A stretch of DNA of 64,000 nucleotides from a virus. Its lineage: Duplodnaviria > Caudoviricetes. The stretch lies in IMG/VR virus record IMGVR_UViG_3300028591_000148, positions 1-64,000 of that record, one strand, 5' to 3'. Shown one piece after another: positions 33,198-44,120 of the stretch. The position numbers and the translations under genes were made by a program. The notes beneath the pieces are model-generated. The model searched no databases. It was not told where the DNA came from and saw only the letters and a list, made by a program, of their open reading frames with translations. How positions within the stretch are numbered: the first letter of the stretch is position 1; every line of letters begins with the position of its first letter.

Positions 33198-33956
33198 TTA
33201 GAACAACTTTCTTTTTTCTTGTTTTCGAGTCGATTCAATTCTATCCTTTGCAAGTCTAAAATACTCTTCATCGAGTTCAATACCAATAAAATGTCTATTC
33301 GTTTTCAAACAAGCTACTCCAGTACTGCCACTACCCATAGTTATATCCAAAACCGTGTCATTCTCACTTGTATATGTTTTTATTAAATATTCTAGTAATT
33401 CTACAGGTTTTTGAGTTGGATGTATATGTGATGTTGGAGCATCCCTTTTAAATTCCAGAATTTCACAAGGATATCTTGTACCATCATCAACATAAGGTGT
33501 TACCTTAAGATTGTTACCGGATACGGATGTGGAAGAACAACCTTTTGGACTATTTTTAACAGGTTTTCCATCGTATGGAACTTTTATAGGAGTATAGTTA
33601 CATTGCTCTCCATAAAATACACAGATATTTTCAATATATTTTCCAGGTCTTCTTTTCACTTGAAATATATTAGTAGGTCGTTCTTTTTTCCAGTACCAAT
33701 CATATTTGTAGTTAGTAATATTACTTAATCTGAGTTTACTGGCAAAGGGTTCCTGGGCAAAGACAACTATAGGACAATTTTTTAGACATACATCGTTCAG
33801 GTTAGTCCATAATTTTTCGAAATTCAAGGATTTATCCCATTCTAATGGTGTTTGTCCATAGGGTGGATCAAATAAAACAAGATCTATTTTAGTACCTTTT
33901 AATCTAGGTAGAATGTTAAAGCAATCGTCATTGTATAGGGTTATTGTAGTTTCCAA
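33198..33956 (-). CDS. orphan N6-A/N4-C DNA methyltransferase (beta class)
   Basis: FDPPYG, HPTQKP, VLDITMGSGST; TTG start. Confidence 0.9.
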   Translation of the reverse strand: METTITLYNDDCFNILPRLKGTKIDLVLFDPPYGQTPLEWDKSLNFEKLWTNLNDVCLKNCPIVVFAQEPFASKLRLSNITNYKYDWYWKKERPTNIFQVKRRPGKYIENICVFYGEQCNYTPIKVPYDGKPVKNSPKGCSSTSVSGNNLKVTPYVDDGTRYPCEILEFKRDAPTSHIHPTQKPVELLEYLIKTYTSENDTVLDITMGSGSTGVACLKTNRHFIGIELDEEYFRLAKDRIESTRKQEKRKLF

Positions 33957-34024
33957 TAGTTATCAGCTCCGATCAGATTTTAACTAACTCGATTTGAGTA
34001 ACTAACTAAGTGAATAATAAGTTC

Positions 34025-36226
34025 TTACTTGTTTTGATTCTCATAGAACAGTTTTCTGTAATAAATAATATCTTTAGGCATATGTTCTCTTTCTTCTTTA
34101 CTGTGTTCGCTATATAATTTCTTCATAAAATCGTAAAACAAATTAGATTCAGGTGTTAGTAGTTGTCCGGTTTTATCGATATAACCTTTTCGTAATGTAA
34201 TCATTGCTATTTTTCTCATATGTTTCCAATGATTGTAATAATCGAGTTTAAGTTTTGTCATATAACCGACACTGTCCTCAATAACAAAACCTTCAATGAC
34301 TCTACCACCAAAAGTATAATCAGGCTGTAAAACCTCATTATACCAATCATAGAAATCAGACCAATTATTAATCACAAATGCTTTTGTTTTAACAGTTAAT
34401 TCTAACTCTTTACCTACTTCTACTACTTCTTCGTAGTCGTGTTGTTTGAATTCAAGATCGTTATTGATAATGGAAAGTAGAAACAGCTCATTTTCTGGAT
34501 ATTCAATGATGTGTGGATCGTGTACTTGGTCTACACATTCAAATACAAGAGTAACATTGTTTTCCTTACAATACTCTTTTACCCACTGTACCTTATCCTC
34601 TGACAATTTTTGGTAAAACATTATCTTTAACCATTCTGCATAGGAACCTACTGGACAGGACTTTGTGGTGATAAACAGATCATCTGTTTCTTCATTATAT
34701 GAAACAAGACCCAGATATCCATTTTCCTTCACATAGCAGATAACTGGAAATTTAAGTTTGTATTGTAACATATCAAATTGAGTTTCCGGTCTTTCATTGA
34801 TATTGAAAAACTTACTGTATCCACGACACATAACTTTCATAGTATTTGTGTTAATGTATAATCCTCTTGCTACGATTGTTTGTTCATTCCAAATTTTATC
34901 ATAAAAAGCATCTTTTGTAAAGTTAAAAGAGGAAATGTTACCATATTGTTTTTCCTGAATGTGTCTGTTCTTACGAAGTTTCATAACAGCATCTGCCATA
35001 TCAGAATTGGTAATTGTTTTCTTTTCCTCGACCTCTTCAATAGGCTTGAATACTGTATTCTGAATAGTTACTTCATGGAACCCTTCTTTATCCAGTTCAA
35101 CAATACGAAGACATCCACCGTGTTCTATCTTACCTTCGAGATTAAATGTTCTTTCCTCGATGCACATATCAGAGTATCTAATATTTCTGTGACCGTGAAT
35201 TTGATACATATTAGATTCTGTATTTTCTTTCCAATATTTAGCAACGTCTTCATAATCTTTGTAATCACCTACACCACGAATCATTTGTTCAGTGGATATA
35301 AATGTCAGATTATCAGGCATTGTGGAAAGACCACCATGAGTTACTAGAACATCTTTCCCATCATATGTATACCAAGCACATTGACCGCATTTTCTGTAAA
35401 GTTGTCTAATGTCTTTCAAATCAATACCAGAATTTTGAAGTTGTTTTTTCGTTACAAATTCAAATTCTTTAGAATCAGCAATACCTTCATTGGCGTATAT
35501 CCACAACCATCTTTCATGGTTACCCTCGAGAAGTAGTACATTAGGTCGTTTTACAGCTTCGATAAAGAACTTTACAACTTCGGCATTCTCTAGTCCTCTA
35601 TCAATAATGTCACCTACGAAGATATACATATAGTTATCGTTAAAACCATTTTTGAAGTATTCCATTAGGGCAGTATAACAACCATGAATATCTCCAATGT
35701 GTACGATCTTCTCATATTTATTCAAGTCGAACTTCTTCATCCAAATAGTATCAAGTTCTTCCGGTTTAATAGCTTTAATACCTGCTGGAATTTTTTGAGT
35801 AGCGAATCTAGAATAAATATTCTCAAGTGCTGATTCTGGTACCCACTTGAACATAGGACGAAGTTTATTCCTTCTTTTACATTCTTCCAGTGGAACATCT
35901 GTCATATCAATACAATAGATTCTGTAACGATATGTTTCACACATATCTTTATAACGGTTCATTTCTATTGTTTTACTATTTGTAGCATCAATGACAGTAA
36001 ACTCACCGCGTTTCATTCTAGTTTCAAGGAGTTTGAATAGCATAGACCATACATCTTTTTCATTTTTCTGACTAATTCCGTATGTTCCATTTACATTGAG
36101 TTGTGGTGTAGAACAAAGAACACGAATATCATCAGCACAAAGAGTATACGGTTTAAGTCCATGTTCCTCAATAAATGTTGACTTACCACATCCAGGTGCT
36201 CCACGAAGTAAAAGTAGAACTCTCAT
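34025..36226 (-). CDS. polynucleotide kinase / metallophosphoesterase / RNA ligase fusion (RNA repair enzyme)
   Basis: GAPGCGKST + DATN kinase; GDIHG, GDIIDRG, GNHE phosphoesterase; KFFN, KENG, EGFV ligase motifs. Confidence 0.9.
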   Translation of the reverse strand: MRVLLLLRGAPGCGKSTFIEEHGLKPYTLCADDIRVLCSTPQLNVNGTYGISQKNEKDVWSMLFKLLETRMKRGEFTVIDATNSKTIEMNRYKDMCETYRYRIYCIDMTDVPLEECKRRNKLRPMFKWVPESALENIYSRFATQKIPAGIKAIKPEELDTIWMKKFDLNKYEKIVHIGDIHGCYTALMEYFKNGFNDNYMYIFVGDIIDRGLENAEVVKFFIEAVKRPNVLLLEGNHERWLWIYANEGIADSKEFEFVTKKQLQNSGIDLKDIRQLYRKCGQCAWYTYDGKDVLVTHGGLSTMPDNLTFISTEQMIRGVGDYKDYEDVAKYWKENTESNMYQIHGHRNIRYSDMCIEERTFNLEGKIEHGGCLRIVELDKEGFHEVTIQNTVFKPIEEVEEKKTITNSDMADAVMKLRKNRHIQEKQYGNISSFNFTKDAFYDKIWNEQTIVARGLYINTNTMKVMCRGYSKFFNINERPETQFDMLQYKLKFPVICYVKENGYLGLVSYNEETDDLFITTKSCPVGSYAEWLKIMFYQKLSEDKVQWVKEYCKENNVTLVFECVDQVHDPHIIEYPENELFLLSIINNDLEFKQHDYEEVVEVGKELELTVKTKAFVINNWSDFYDWYNEVLQPDYTFGGRVIEGFVIEDSVGYMTKLKLDYYNHWKHMRKIAMITLRKGYIDKTGQLLTPESNLFYDFMKKLYSEHSKEEREHMPKDIIYYRKLFYENQNK

Positions 36227-36415
36227 TTATTTTCCTCCTCTATTTTAATTCCGTGTGATTTAGCAAAATCATGAACCAGCTGTTCCAAAGATCTACTAGG
36301 TCCTCCTTTTTCTCTATCTTCGTATATCATATCAGTCATAGTATCAGCATCCAATAAAGAAAGTACTTCTGAATATTTCATAATTTATTCCTCCTTCCAG
36401 ATATATTGTATATAT

Positions 36416-36499
36416 AGTATAACACAAAAAACACAAAATGTCAAGTAGTCATTCATATTGTTAAAATAAAAACTCCTATCTACTAGGATAGGAGTTTTT
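36416..36499 (-). promoter_or_regulatory. terminator + promoter cassette
   Basis: TTGACA(36444-36439)-17-TATACT(36421-36416); hairpin AAAAACTCCTATC/GATAGGAGTTTTT. Confidence 0.85.
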
Positions 36500-36506
36500 G
36501 TATAAT

Positions 36507-37769
36507 TTATACAAGTCTTGTTTGTGCTTTAATAGGTCCCCATATACAGGGTTCTTTACAGTGAATATTATTACATTTCATTTGCAATTCACCATCTCTA
36601 AAATGTCGTTTTAGTTGTCCTAGCATATAATTGGATTTATCCCAATGTCTAGTAAATCTAAATAGATTATTTTTTATTGTTTCGAATGTTTCTAGCTGAA
36701 CTCTTCCACATAACCTTTCATCACATTTACTCATAAAATCACATATGTCACCTGTTTCTACAACATCTACCATTGTAGCAATAGGATATGTTTCTTTTAC
36801 TTTATCCAAATCGTTTTTCCATTCTTGAATAACAGGTTCTGAATACTGTAAAATTTTAGGAACATAAAATTGTGGATTACTTGTTCCTTCGAAACACATA
36901 TAATGATGTAAAGTTCTGTGTCTTTGTTGCTGTGCTAAATCAGCAAAAGAAGATCTGTATTTAATAAGGTATACATCGTCATAATGTTCTTTAGCTTTAT
37001 CTATACCGTAGCATGTTTGTTTGGCAAGAAATCTAAAGTTCCATCCTTTTTGTTCAACAATACATTCAGAATATAGATGTGCTTCTGTTATCTTATCGTA
37101 TAATTCCTTTATACAGTCTAATATTTTACTATTAAAAGGTGTTCTCTTAAGGTCCAAACTAGCACCGTTATCGTCCCATACATCTATATAACTTTTACAC
37201 CACTGTCTTATATAGCTCCACATTCTTAATGATGTTGTGTATGCCATAGTGGTTGTAGGTGCGAACACGCTTAAAACATATCTAGCATTTTCTAATGTTA
37301 ATTTTTCTCTTAATTTATCATCAATAGGAATATTCCATTTCTCGGCATATGTAGCAATAGCATCATTAAATATTTCTTTCCATTTTTCGTACAATTCATA
37401 ATTCTTGAAATACTTCTTATGTGTTTCTTCGTCTCCGTTCATAACAGTATAACGACCACTTTTTTCTGACGTGTTGTAGAAACCAACACTATTAAGAATC
37501 ATAGCTGTCATTTTAGGAATGTTCTCAAATAGAACTGTTACAAAGGCATGGTCACTTATACTATGATGACCTGTAGCAGCTACACGTTCAAATCTAGATA
37601 ATGCTTTTTCATCATCTGTATATTTCGGGTCAAAATAATTAGAGTTAAGATAACATATAGATGCCATGGAACCTGAAAACTTTCCTAGATCTTTAATGTT
37701 TTGTTCAGTTAAAGCAGTATAATTTGGATCAGTTACTTGATTCGGAGTTGCTAGAATTGTTAGTTTCAT
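36507..37769 (-). CDS. thyX: flavin-dependent thymidylate synthase (long form)
   Basis: GHHSISDH, SEKSGRY and QQQRHRT motifs. Confidence 0.75.
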   Translation of the reverse strand: MKLTILATPNQVTDPNYTALTEQNIKDLGKFSGSMASICYLNSNYFDPKYTDDEKALSRFERVAATGHHSISDHAFVTVLFENIPKMTAMILNSVGFYNTSEKSGRYTVMNGDEETHKKYFKNYELYEKWKEIFNDAIATYAEKWNIPIDDKLREKLTLENARYVLSVFAPTTTMAYTTSLRMWSYIRQWCKSYIDVWDDNGASLDLKRTPFNSKILDCIKELYDKITEAHLYSECIVEQKGWNFRFLAKQTCYGIDKAKEHYDDVYLIKYRSSFADLAQQQRHRTLHHYMCFEGTSNPQFYVPKILQYSEPVIQEWKNDLDKVKETYPIATMVDVVETGDICDFMSKCDERLCGRVQLETFETIKNNLFRFTRHWDKSNYMLGQLKRHFRDGELQMKCNNIHCKEPCIWGPIKAQTRLV

Positions 37770-38277
37770 TTGTTATTTCCTCCTGTTTATGAGATTCGCT
37801 ATCTACTTTTATGTAAACATATTTAGAACAAAATGGGCATTTTCTTCTATAAGTATTCACACCTTTTCCATTCACTATCGAATAATCAAAGAACTCGACA
37901 TAGTCTTCATCCTTCTCTAAAGTAGCTTCAAAGACACACCCACAAATTAAACATTCAAATCTATATGTATTCATATAAGATTTAGTGTTCTCTTGTAATT
38001 TATAAAGGGATCCATCTACGATGACTTTCATAAGCTTACCTCACAAAATATTTAATATCCAAGATATGCTTTTCCACATTTTTAATATCTGCAAGATCGG
38101 ACAAATCATAACTGACTCTTGCGTAGGCAACGAACATCGTGAATATAAAAGAACCTATTATCAATTCTTCGTAGTATTCTCCATCTGTCAACTCATTCGT
38201 TCTATATATAAATCGAATTATTTGTAGCATATAAAACATCCAAAAAATGATACGAAGAATACAAATTCCTAATGCTA

Positions 38278-38814
38278 TCATTTTTTATAATCCTCATATA
38301 TTTTGGAACCTGTAGCACCTATCTGTCCTTGGTACTTTCCTCTATATGGATTGTCTGCAGGTTTATCCATACGGGCGAACACCAGTTGACCTACCCGTGT
38401 ACCGGATTTGATGTTTATTGCCCAATTACTGGCGTTGAATAATTCAAGTGTAATTTGTCCCTCAAATCCTGGATCTACCCAACCTGCATTCTGAATAAAT
38501 AATCCTAATCTTCCAATAGAAGAACGGCCTTCTACAAATGCAGTTAGGTCATTAGGAAGAACAAAGTACTCTTGAGTGGTAGCAAGAACAAATTGTTTCG
38601 GAAGTAGAAGATAGGATGTTTGTTTTGAAGTTGTATATTGCAATGGTTCGTCTAGTTCTATAATACCACCATTAGGAACATCAGTTATTTTACTAAATGA
38701 ATCTCCGATAGTGATGTCAACACTTGCCGGCTGAATACTTTTATCGTCCGTTAGATTATGACATAGACCTTTATTCTCTATTAGATTCATTAGTGTATTA
38801 TCAGAAAGTATCAA
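38278..38814 (-). CDS. dcd: dCTP deaminase
   Basis: IQPASVD, EGRSSIGRLG, AGWVDPGFEGQITLE, YRGKYQGQ. Confidence 0.95.
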   Translation of the reverse strand: MILSDNTLMNLIENKGLCHNLTDDKSIQPASVDITIGDSFSKITDVPNGGIIELDEPLQYTTSKQTSYLLLPKQFVLATTQEYFVLPNDLTAFVEGRSSIGRLGLFIQNAGWVDPGFEGQITLELFNASNWAINIKSGTRVGQLVFARMDKPADNPYRGKYQGQIGATGSKIYEDYKK

Positions 38815-39615
38815 AGTTTATCATCTCCTTCTGGATCTGCTAGCATTGAATGCCAATATACAATATCGAAACCATCGTAAGCTATTATTTTTTGACCTGT
38901 AGAGTTTTCTATCCAATCCCATGTTCTGCTATCTGAATTAGGTTCTCTTCTTGCAATATAATGAGTTTTCTTTCCATCACAAGAAACCCCAATAGCATAA
39001 ACATTCTGCCACAGTTCTGGAAGTTTATCCTCACACTTGTTCCATCTAGTATGATATAAGACCTCATCTTTACCGTCCACATAGCCAGATTGATATTGAT
39101 TTCTATCGTAACTCAATGCTTTTAGTAATTCTTCTTTACGAATGAAGAAACCAACTGACATAGAACATTCTTCGGTAAGTTTATCAATGAGTTGTGTTTC
39201 CATTTCAGTTCTGACAATATCAATAATTTCGTTGTACATATTCCCTCCAATTAAGCATCCAAAGTCGTAAATCCAAAGTTATTGTTCAGTTTCTCCATAG
39301 CATAACAGATAACATTTTCGAACATATCTTCTAGACAATATTCCTCACATATGGGTAAATCTTCGTTCTCATATAAAACATACATTGGACAAGGTCCTTC
39401 TTTATTATCGACATATAATCTAAATAATTCTTGCTTCTCTAATGTAAAAACAAGAGTTAATATAAGTGAACTGTTATCTTTTGGAAATATTCCATCCACT
39501 TCCAAATTATCATAGTTTAATTCGTATTGTAGTGAATCTAAAAATCTTTGGTATTGTTCGTTTATTATTTGAAATAGTTGCCCCATTATTATAACTCCTT
39601 TCAAAGAGATAATAT

Positions 39616-39849
39616 TTAATCGTCTACATATTCCCATCTATAACCGCCTGAACGATGATTTATTCCACTACACACACAACTAATGCCGGATATAGAAACA
39701 CCGGTTACTTCATGCGCTTCTTTAATACTATTAAAAATTCTTTCGTTTCCGTCGGGATCGATACATCTTACTTTCGTAGAACGATAATGAGTATGATAAT
39801 TCAATCGTTTATTATGCTGTTCTTGTAATTTATCTAATGTATCTCTCAT
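39616..39849 (-). CDS. NUMOD1-like DNA-binding protein
   Basis: FNSIKEAHE...ISCVCSG..SGGYRWEY. Confidence 0.7.
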   Translation of the reverse strand: MRDTLDKLQEQHNKRLNYHTHYRSTKVRCIDPDGNERIFNSIKEAHEVTGVSISGISCVCSGINHRSGGYRWEYVDD

Positions 39850-40087
39850 TCGAATACCTCACAATAAACATATCTTATATTTTCATTTTCCGAAAAGTTA
39901 TTTTCGTAGAATCCAATATCAAGTAAAATTTCAGTAATGTCGTCCCAAAGAAAACCGGAATTCATGTATTCAGTAACATCTATTTCAAATTCGGAAGTGG
40001 GTCTCATTCCTTGTTTACACAGCGATTCCCACTTTTCTAAAACTTCTCTTTCTAGTCGATGAACTAGTGCTTCATCCAACATAGTTG

Positions 40088-40681
40088 TCATCCTTTCGTC
40101 ACAGAGATTAATTCTTTCGAATTTTCATTTCTTAACATTTCTTCAAAAATATACGGAAACTCGTTCCAATCATTAAATCTTGTAAAGTTACATCTTGTTG
40201 TATTTTTATTCCATTGACAATTCTTCAACATAAATAAACATTGTGGATTTACGTTTACTAAATTGTATAGACAATCGTCAATAACTACATCTGCCCACAG
40301 AAGTTCTTTCTGCTTTGTAAAAATTAGACACTCGTTAGCATCCAAGAAAGGAAAGAAAACCTCAATAAATTTTATTGTTGCAGGTAATACTTCATAATCT
40401 CTGGATGTCACAAATTTAATAATATTTCCGTCTTCGTGTAATCGTTGAATACAGTTCACAGAATTAAAAAGTGGGAGTAGACTATTGTAGAATTCATTAT
40501 TGTGGAAAAACATTGTTTCTAGAGTTGCAGGTGTTATATTGGTTACCTTACAAATATCGTAATCTGTAAAATCTTCTTCTGTGAAAACTTTAGAGCTACC
40601 TATTCTAAGATCATTTAGTTTAAGAAGAAAGTACGGCAAGAAGTTATTTAAGGTATTATCAATATCAATGTTGATTATCAT
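40088..40681 (-). CDS. 5'(3')-deoxyribonucleotidase-like HAD protein
   Basis: IDIDNTL, FVTSR and DVVIDD motifs. Confidence 0.8.
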   Translation of the reverse strand: MIINIDIDNTLNNFLPYFLLKLNDLRIGSSKVFTEEDFTDYDICKVTNITPATLETMFFHNNEFYNSLLPLFNSVNCIQRLHEDGNIIKFVTSRDYEVLPATIKFIEVFFPFLDANECLIFTKQKELLWADVVIDDCLYNLVNVNPQCLFMLKNCQWNKNTTRCNFTRFNDWNEFPYIFEEMLRNENSKELISVTKG

Positions 40682-40983
40682 TTTTTAACTCCTTTTTTAG
40701 CTCCTTTTCTAATTTCTGAACTAACTGTTCATAATTTGTTCGGTTCACATCCATATCATCTATTGTTATTCTGTCTGGATTTCTCCACTCGTAAATATTT
40801 AACATAGATGCGAATGTTATTTCTTTAGTTACTTTTTCAAAACCGTGTTTCTTTAGCCATTTATGTTTTTTATGGTCTTCCCACTTATCAAGGATGTAAG
40901 CTAATATTAAAAGTATCCCCATAGTTCCAAAAAACAATAATGGTATTAAATAATCAAATATATATTTTACTGTGAAATATTTT

Positions 40984-41412
40984 TCAATCACTATCATCAA
41001 TCCTCTCAAAAGTAAATGTTCCATTATTGTTTGTATAATATACTTTATTTATACCAAAATCTTTTATTGCAGACATACAAACAGGACAAGGTCTAGCTAA
41101 CCTAAACTCTCCATTCTTCTTTTTTGATATGATAACAAGTTCTATTTTATCCCAATTAGTAATAGAACTGTCTATTCTTTTTAAACAGTTTATCTCGGAA
41201 TGTTCTTTGTCTACAAAATTCTCAATACTCTTTAAAGAAGTCCTTACTCTATAAAAATTCTGAAGTGGTGATGTCTTATCAGAATTTATACCAAAACTAA
41301 TAACTTTTCCTTTATATACCAGAAAAGAAACTGTTTTTACTCTTTTATATGGTTTATCGGTATATGTGTAATCATACATTCTGGAAAGTGTATTAAGAAG
41401 TTTGTTTTTCAT
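40984..41412 (-). CDS. cytidine/dCMP deaminase-fold protein
   Basis: HSE...ARPCPVC zinc motif. Confidence 0.8.
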   Translation of the reverse strand: MKNKLLNTLSRMYDYTYTDKPYKRVKTVSFLVYKGKVISFGINSDKTSPLQNFYRVRTSLKSIENFVDKEHSEINCLKRIDSSITNWDKIELVIISKKKNGEFRLARPCPVCMSAIKDFGINKVYYTNNNGTFTFERIDDSD

Positions 41413-41656
41413 TTCTTTCTAACTCCTCTATGGACTTATCTAAATACCAGCGAGCTTTCTTTAGATCTTCTAGACCATTTTTACCTTCGTAACGCCAACA
41501 ATATTTAATAACATTTCCAATAGTGAATCCAATAAATTTATCACCTAGTGCTGCTTTGAGGGCATCTATACATTCAATACCGCCTTGATTATAATGATCT
41601 GGATGGTCTACATTATTAGATGGTTTGTCAGGTGTTGAAATACTATATGGATACAT
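41393..41656 (-). CDS. DUF3310-like protein
   Basis: VDHPDHYNQGGIECID..GNVIKY.WR..KNGLEDLKKARWYL. Confidence 0.85.
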   Translation of the reverse strand: MYPYSISTPDKPSNNVDHPDHYNQGGIECIDALKAALGDKFIGFTIGNVIKYCWRYEGKNGLEDLKKARWYLDKSIEELERNEKQTS

Positions 41657-41881
41657 AAAAAATCCTCCAATCAAAATCAATTATTTCTTTAGTTTATCTA
41701 CTAGTTCGTGATAGTAAATGTATAGTTCATCTGTAGGTTCTAGATGTTTTTCGGAAACTTGTTTACACAATTCTGCTAATTCTTCTATATCTAACCCATT
41801 TATAGAGTCATTAATTATTTTATTTACTTCTTGTTCCGTTCTCTTTTTAAGACCTTTCATCCTATACACCTCCACATTTAC

Positions 41882-41953
41882 AGTATAACATATAATAACA
41901 CAAAAGTCAAGTAAAAGAAATAAAAAAGTTGTTCAAATAGATGAACAACTTTT
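41882..41953 (-). promoter_or_regulatory. terminator + promoter cassette
   Basis: TTGACT(41910-41905)-17-TATACT(41887-41882); hairpin AAAAGTTGTTCA/TGAACAACTTTT. Confidence 0.8.
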
Positions 41954-41959
41954 AGTGAA

Positions 41960-42400
41960 TCAACTATAAAAATGAATGGTACAATTTGTAGGAAAACTAT
42001 ACGGACCATATACACAATCACTTGCAATAGTTACTTCTGTCAATTTTGTATTATAAAATGCATAAGGTCCTATATATTTAACCGTTTCCGGGATTGTTAT
42101 TGACTCCAAATTTATCGCATTACAAAATGCTCCTTGATTATCTATTGTCCCTACAAATGGATAGCCATAGTTTTTATCTGGTTTTATGTCCCAAAAGAAT
42201 TTAACATCTGTCATATCAGGTTCAGGTGTATTTCCACCTGATATAACATAAGGATATCCTAGATTAAGGTTTGCGTTTATGCCCCAGCTAAATTTAACAT
42301 TGCTCATATCTGGAGCTACTGGAGCACCACTATTTGTAACATATGGATATCCTATATTCAAATCATCATTTTGTGACCACGCATCATAAGTCCAACTCAT
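41960..42400 (-). CDS. protein with three W..(L/K)NxGYP repeats and a BspA-like LRR C-terminus
   Basis: LNIGYPYV/LNLGYPYV/KNYGYPFV; LESITIPETVKYIGPYAFYNTKL. Confidence 0.7.
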   Translation of the reverse strand: MSWTYDAWSQNDDLNIGYPYVTNSGAPVAPDMSNVKFSWGINANLNLGYPYVISGGNTPEPDMTDVKFFWDIKPDKNYGYPFVGTIDNQGAFCNAINLESITIPETVKYIGPYAFYNTKLTEVTIASDCVYGPYSFPTNCTIHFYS

Positions 42401-42414
42401 AACGGATCACCTCT

Positions 42415-43428
42415 TTATGGAAGGAATCCTATATCAACTAAATAATTTTTATCTTTTATATTCGTAGTACTTATCTTCTTTATGTTATAAGATGTATCTA
42501 TATAAACATTTTGAGTAGATGCTATAACGGTCATATTATCTGTGGTATTTCTACTACAAGGATATACATCTGTAGACGACTGTGCAATAGTACAATTATC
42601 GAATATAATGGAACAACCCGATATTTGGGATGCAAAAGTACCCGTAGTAATGTAAATAACAGCAGGATCACGACTATAACAATTTATATGCCCATCGGTT
42701 ATTACTAAAGATGTACTACTACCCTTAAATTGCCAATAAGTACCGTAATTAGTGTTTAAGGCATATAGTATCGCCGTTGTAGCATCTGAAGCCACATAGT
42801 CTAAATAAATACCATCTAATACGATATTACAATTTGTAAAATTACTATAACATCGAGGCTGTCTAGGTGTATTGGAATTTACTCGATCAGTACCTATTGT
42901 AATATAGTTTGTGGATTTCATCTTTATATAAAAAGAACAATTATTATAATTAGTAGGATAATCAGAACCTCCCTCTGGACTAAAGAATAAACAACCATAA
43001 TTTCCTCCAGAAACAACCAAGATGGAAAATTTACAATTATTAATATTTGCCTGTTTAGTCGAACTGGGGGCAGAAGTACCCGATGTCCAGAAGTCAAAAA
43101 CAGCAAAATTGTTAGCATTAACTTTAAGACAACAATTTTTAAAATATAAATTCTCTATGGTTTGTGAGTTTGTAAACTGTTTTATAAACCTTGTATGCTC
43201 TATAGTAAGACCTCTGATTTCTGTTAGAGAATCGGCATACAATTTTCCACCTTTTAACGATATGGTACTAGTTACTTTTCCAGTATACCAACTCTCTTGT
43301 GCAAAGTCTATAGTCTGTGTTACTTTTATATAAGCATTTTCATGCGAACCGTCACATAATTGTAATAAATCGTATCCGTTATCTACTAAATACGGATCTG
43401 CTTGAGTTCCACTACCTGTATATGCCAT
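42415..43428 (-). CDS. beta-helix-like adhesin or virion-decoration candidate
   Basis: N-terminal GSGTQADPYLV motif; recurring NC.F/I; rich in Asn/Thr/Ser. Confidence 0.6.
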   Translation of the reverse strand: MAYTGSGTQADPYLVDNGYDLLQLCDGSHENAYIKVTQTIDFAQESWYTGKVTSTISLKGGKLYADSLTEIRGLTIEHTRFIKQFTNSQTIENLYFKNCCLKVNANNFAVFDFWTSGTSAPSSTKQANINNCKFSILVVSGGNYGCLFFSPEGGSDYPTNYNNCSFYIKMKSTNYITIGTDRVNSNTPRQPRCYSNFTNCNIVLDGIYLDYVASDATTAILYALNTNYGTYWQFKGSSTSLVITDGHINCYSRDPAVIYITTGTFASQISGCSIIFDNCTIAQSSTDVYPCSRNTTDNMTVIASTQNVYIDTSYNIKKISTTNIKDKNYLVDIGFLP

Positions 43429-43658
43429 AGTAAATCACATCCTTAAAAATCATATATCATAATATTCTACAACTTCTTTTGCTTGATATCCACATTGTGG
43501 ACAATGACATCTATACGAGATCAAAAACTTTCTAAAATATTCGGTTTTGTTCGCTTCAAATTCACAACCACATTGATAACAAAAGAACTTTTTAGGTCTA
43601 TTTAATTTTTGATCGATAACAATATCCATTCTTTCAGAAGAACCTTCTTTAATTACCT

Positions 43659-44120
43659 TCATAAAGATTCCTCCAATAGATCCATTGACTGATTAGCAAG
43701 TTTATCACATTTTTCGTTAAATTCGTGACCATTGTGTCCTTTTACCCATCTGAATGTAACATTGTGTCCTTCTAAAAGTCTAAGAAGCTCTTTCCAAAGT
43801 TCAACATTTTTCACGGCAGATTTATCAGACTTCTTCCATCCATTTCTAATCCAGCTATCAATCCAATGTTTATTTATAGAATCGACTACATAGGAAGAAT
43901 CTGTTACAACGGTTACATAGCATTTCTCTTTAAGGAGTCTGAACCCTTCGATAACTGCTGTTAGTTCCATTTTGTTATTCGTAGTAAATCTATCGTTACC
44001 GCAGATTTCTTTTGTGTGTAATTGTCCTTTAGAATCTGTATAGGATAAAATAGTTCCCCATCCACCTATCCCAGGATTTCCTCTACAACCACCGTCAGCA
44101 TAAAGATAAACTCTTTTCAT
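43659..44120 (-). CDS. rnhA: ribonuclease HI
   Basis: ADGGCRGNPG, TTNNKMEL, TDSSYV, WVKGH, NEKCDKLA. Confidence 0.95.
   Translation of the reverse strand: MKRVYLYADGGCRGNPGIGGWGTILSYTDSKGQLHTKEICGNDRFTTNNKMELTAVIEGFRLLKEKCYVTVVTDSSYVVDSINKHWIDSWIRNGWKKSDKSAVKNVELWKELLRLLEGHNVTFRWVKGHNGHEFNEKCDKLANQSMDLLEESL

Noticed and set aside
41960-43428. Diversity-generating retroelement targeting the LRR/adhesin genes
   Set aside because: No reverse transcriptase and no template/variable repeat pair visible in the window.
43450-43662. MKVIKEG start as a member of the capsid-leader family
   Set aside because: It is a small CxxC zinc-ribbon ORF translationally coupled to rnhA in a sigma-A operon, so the match is probably coincidental.
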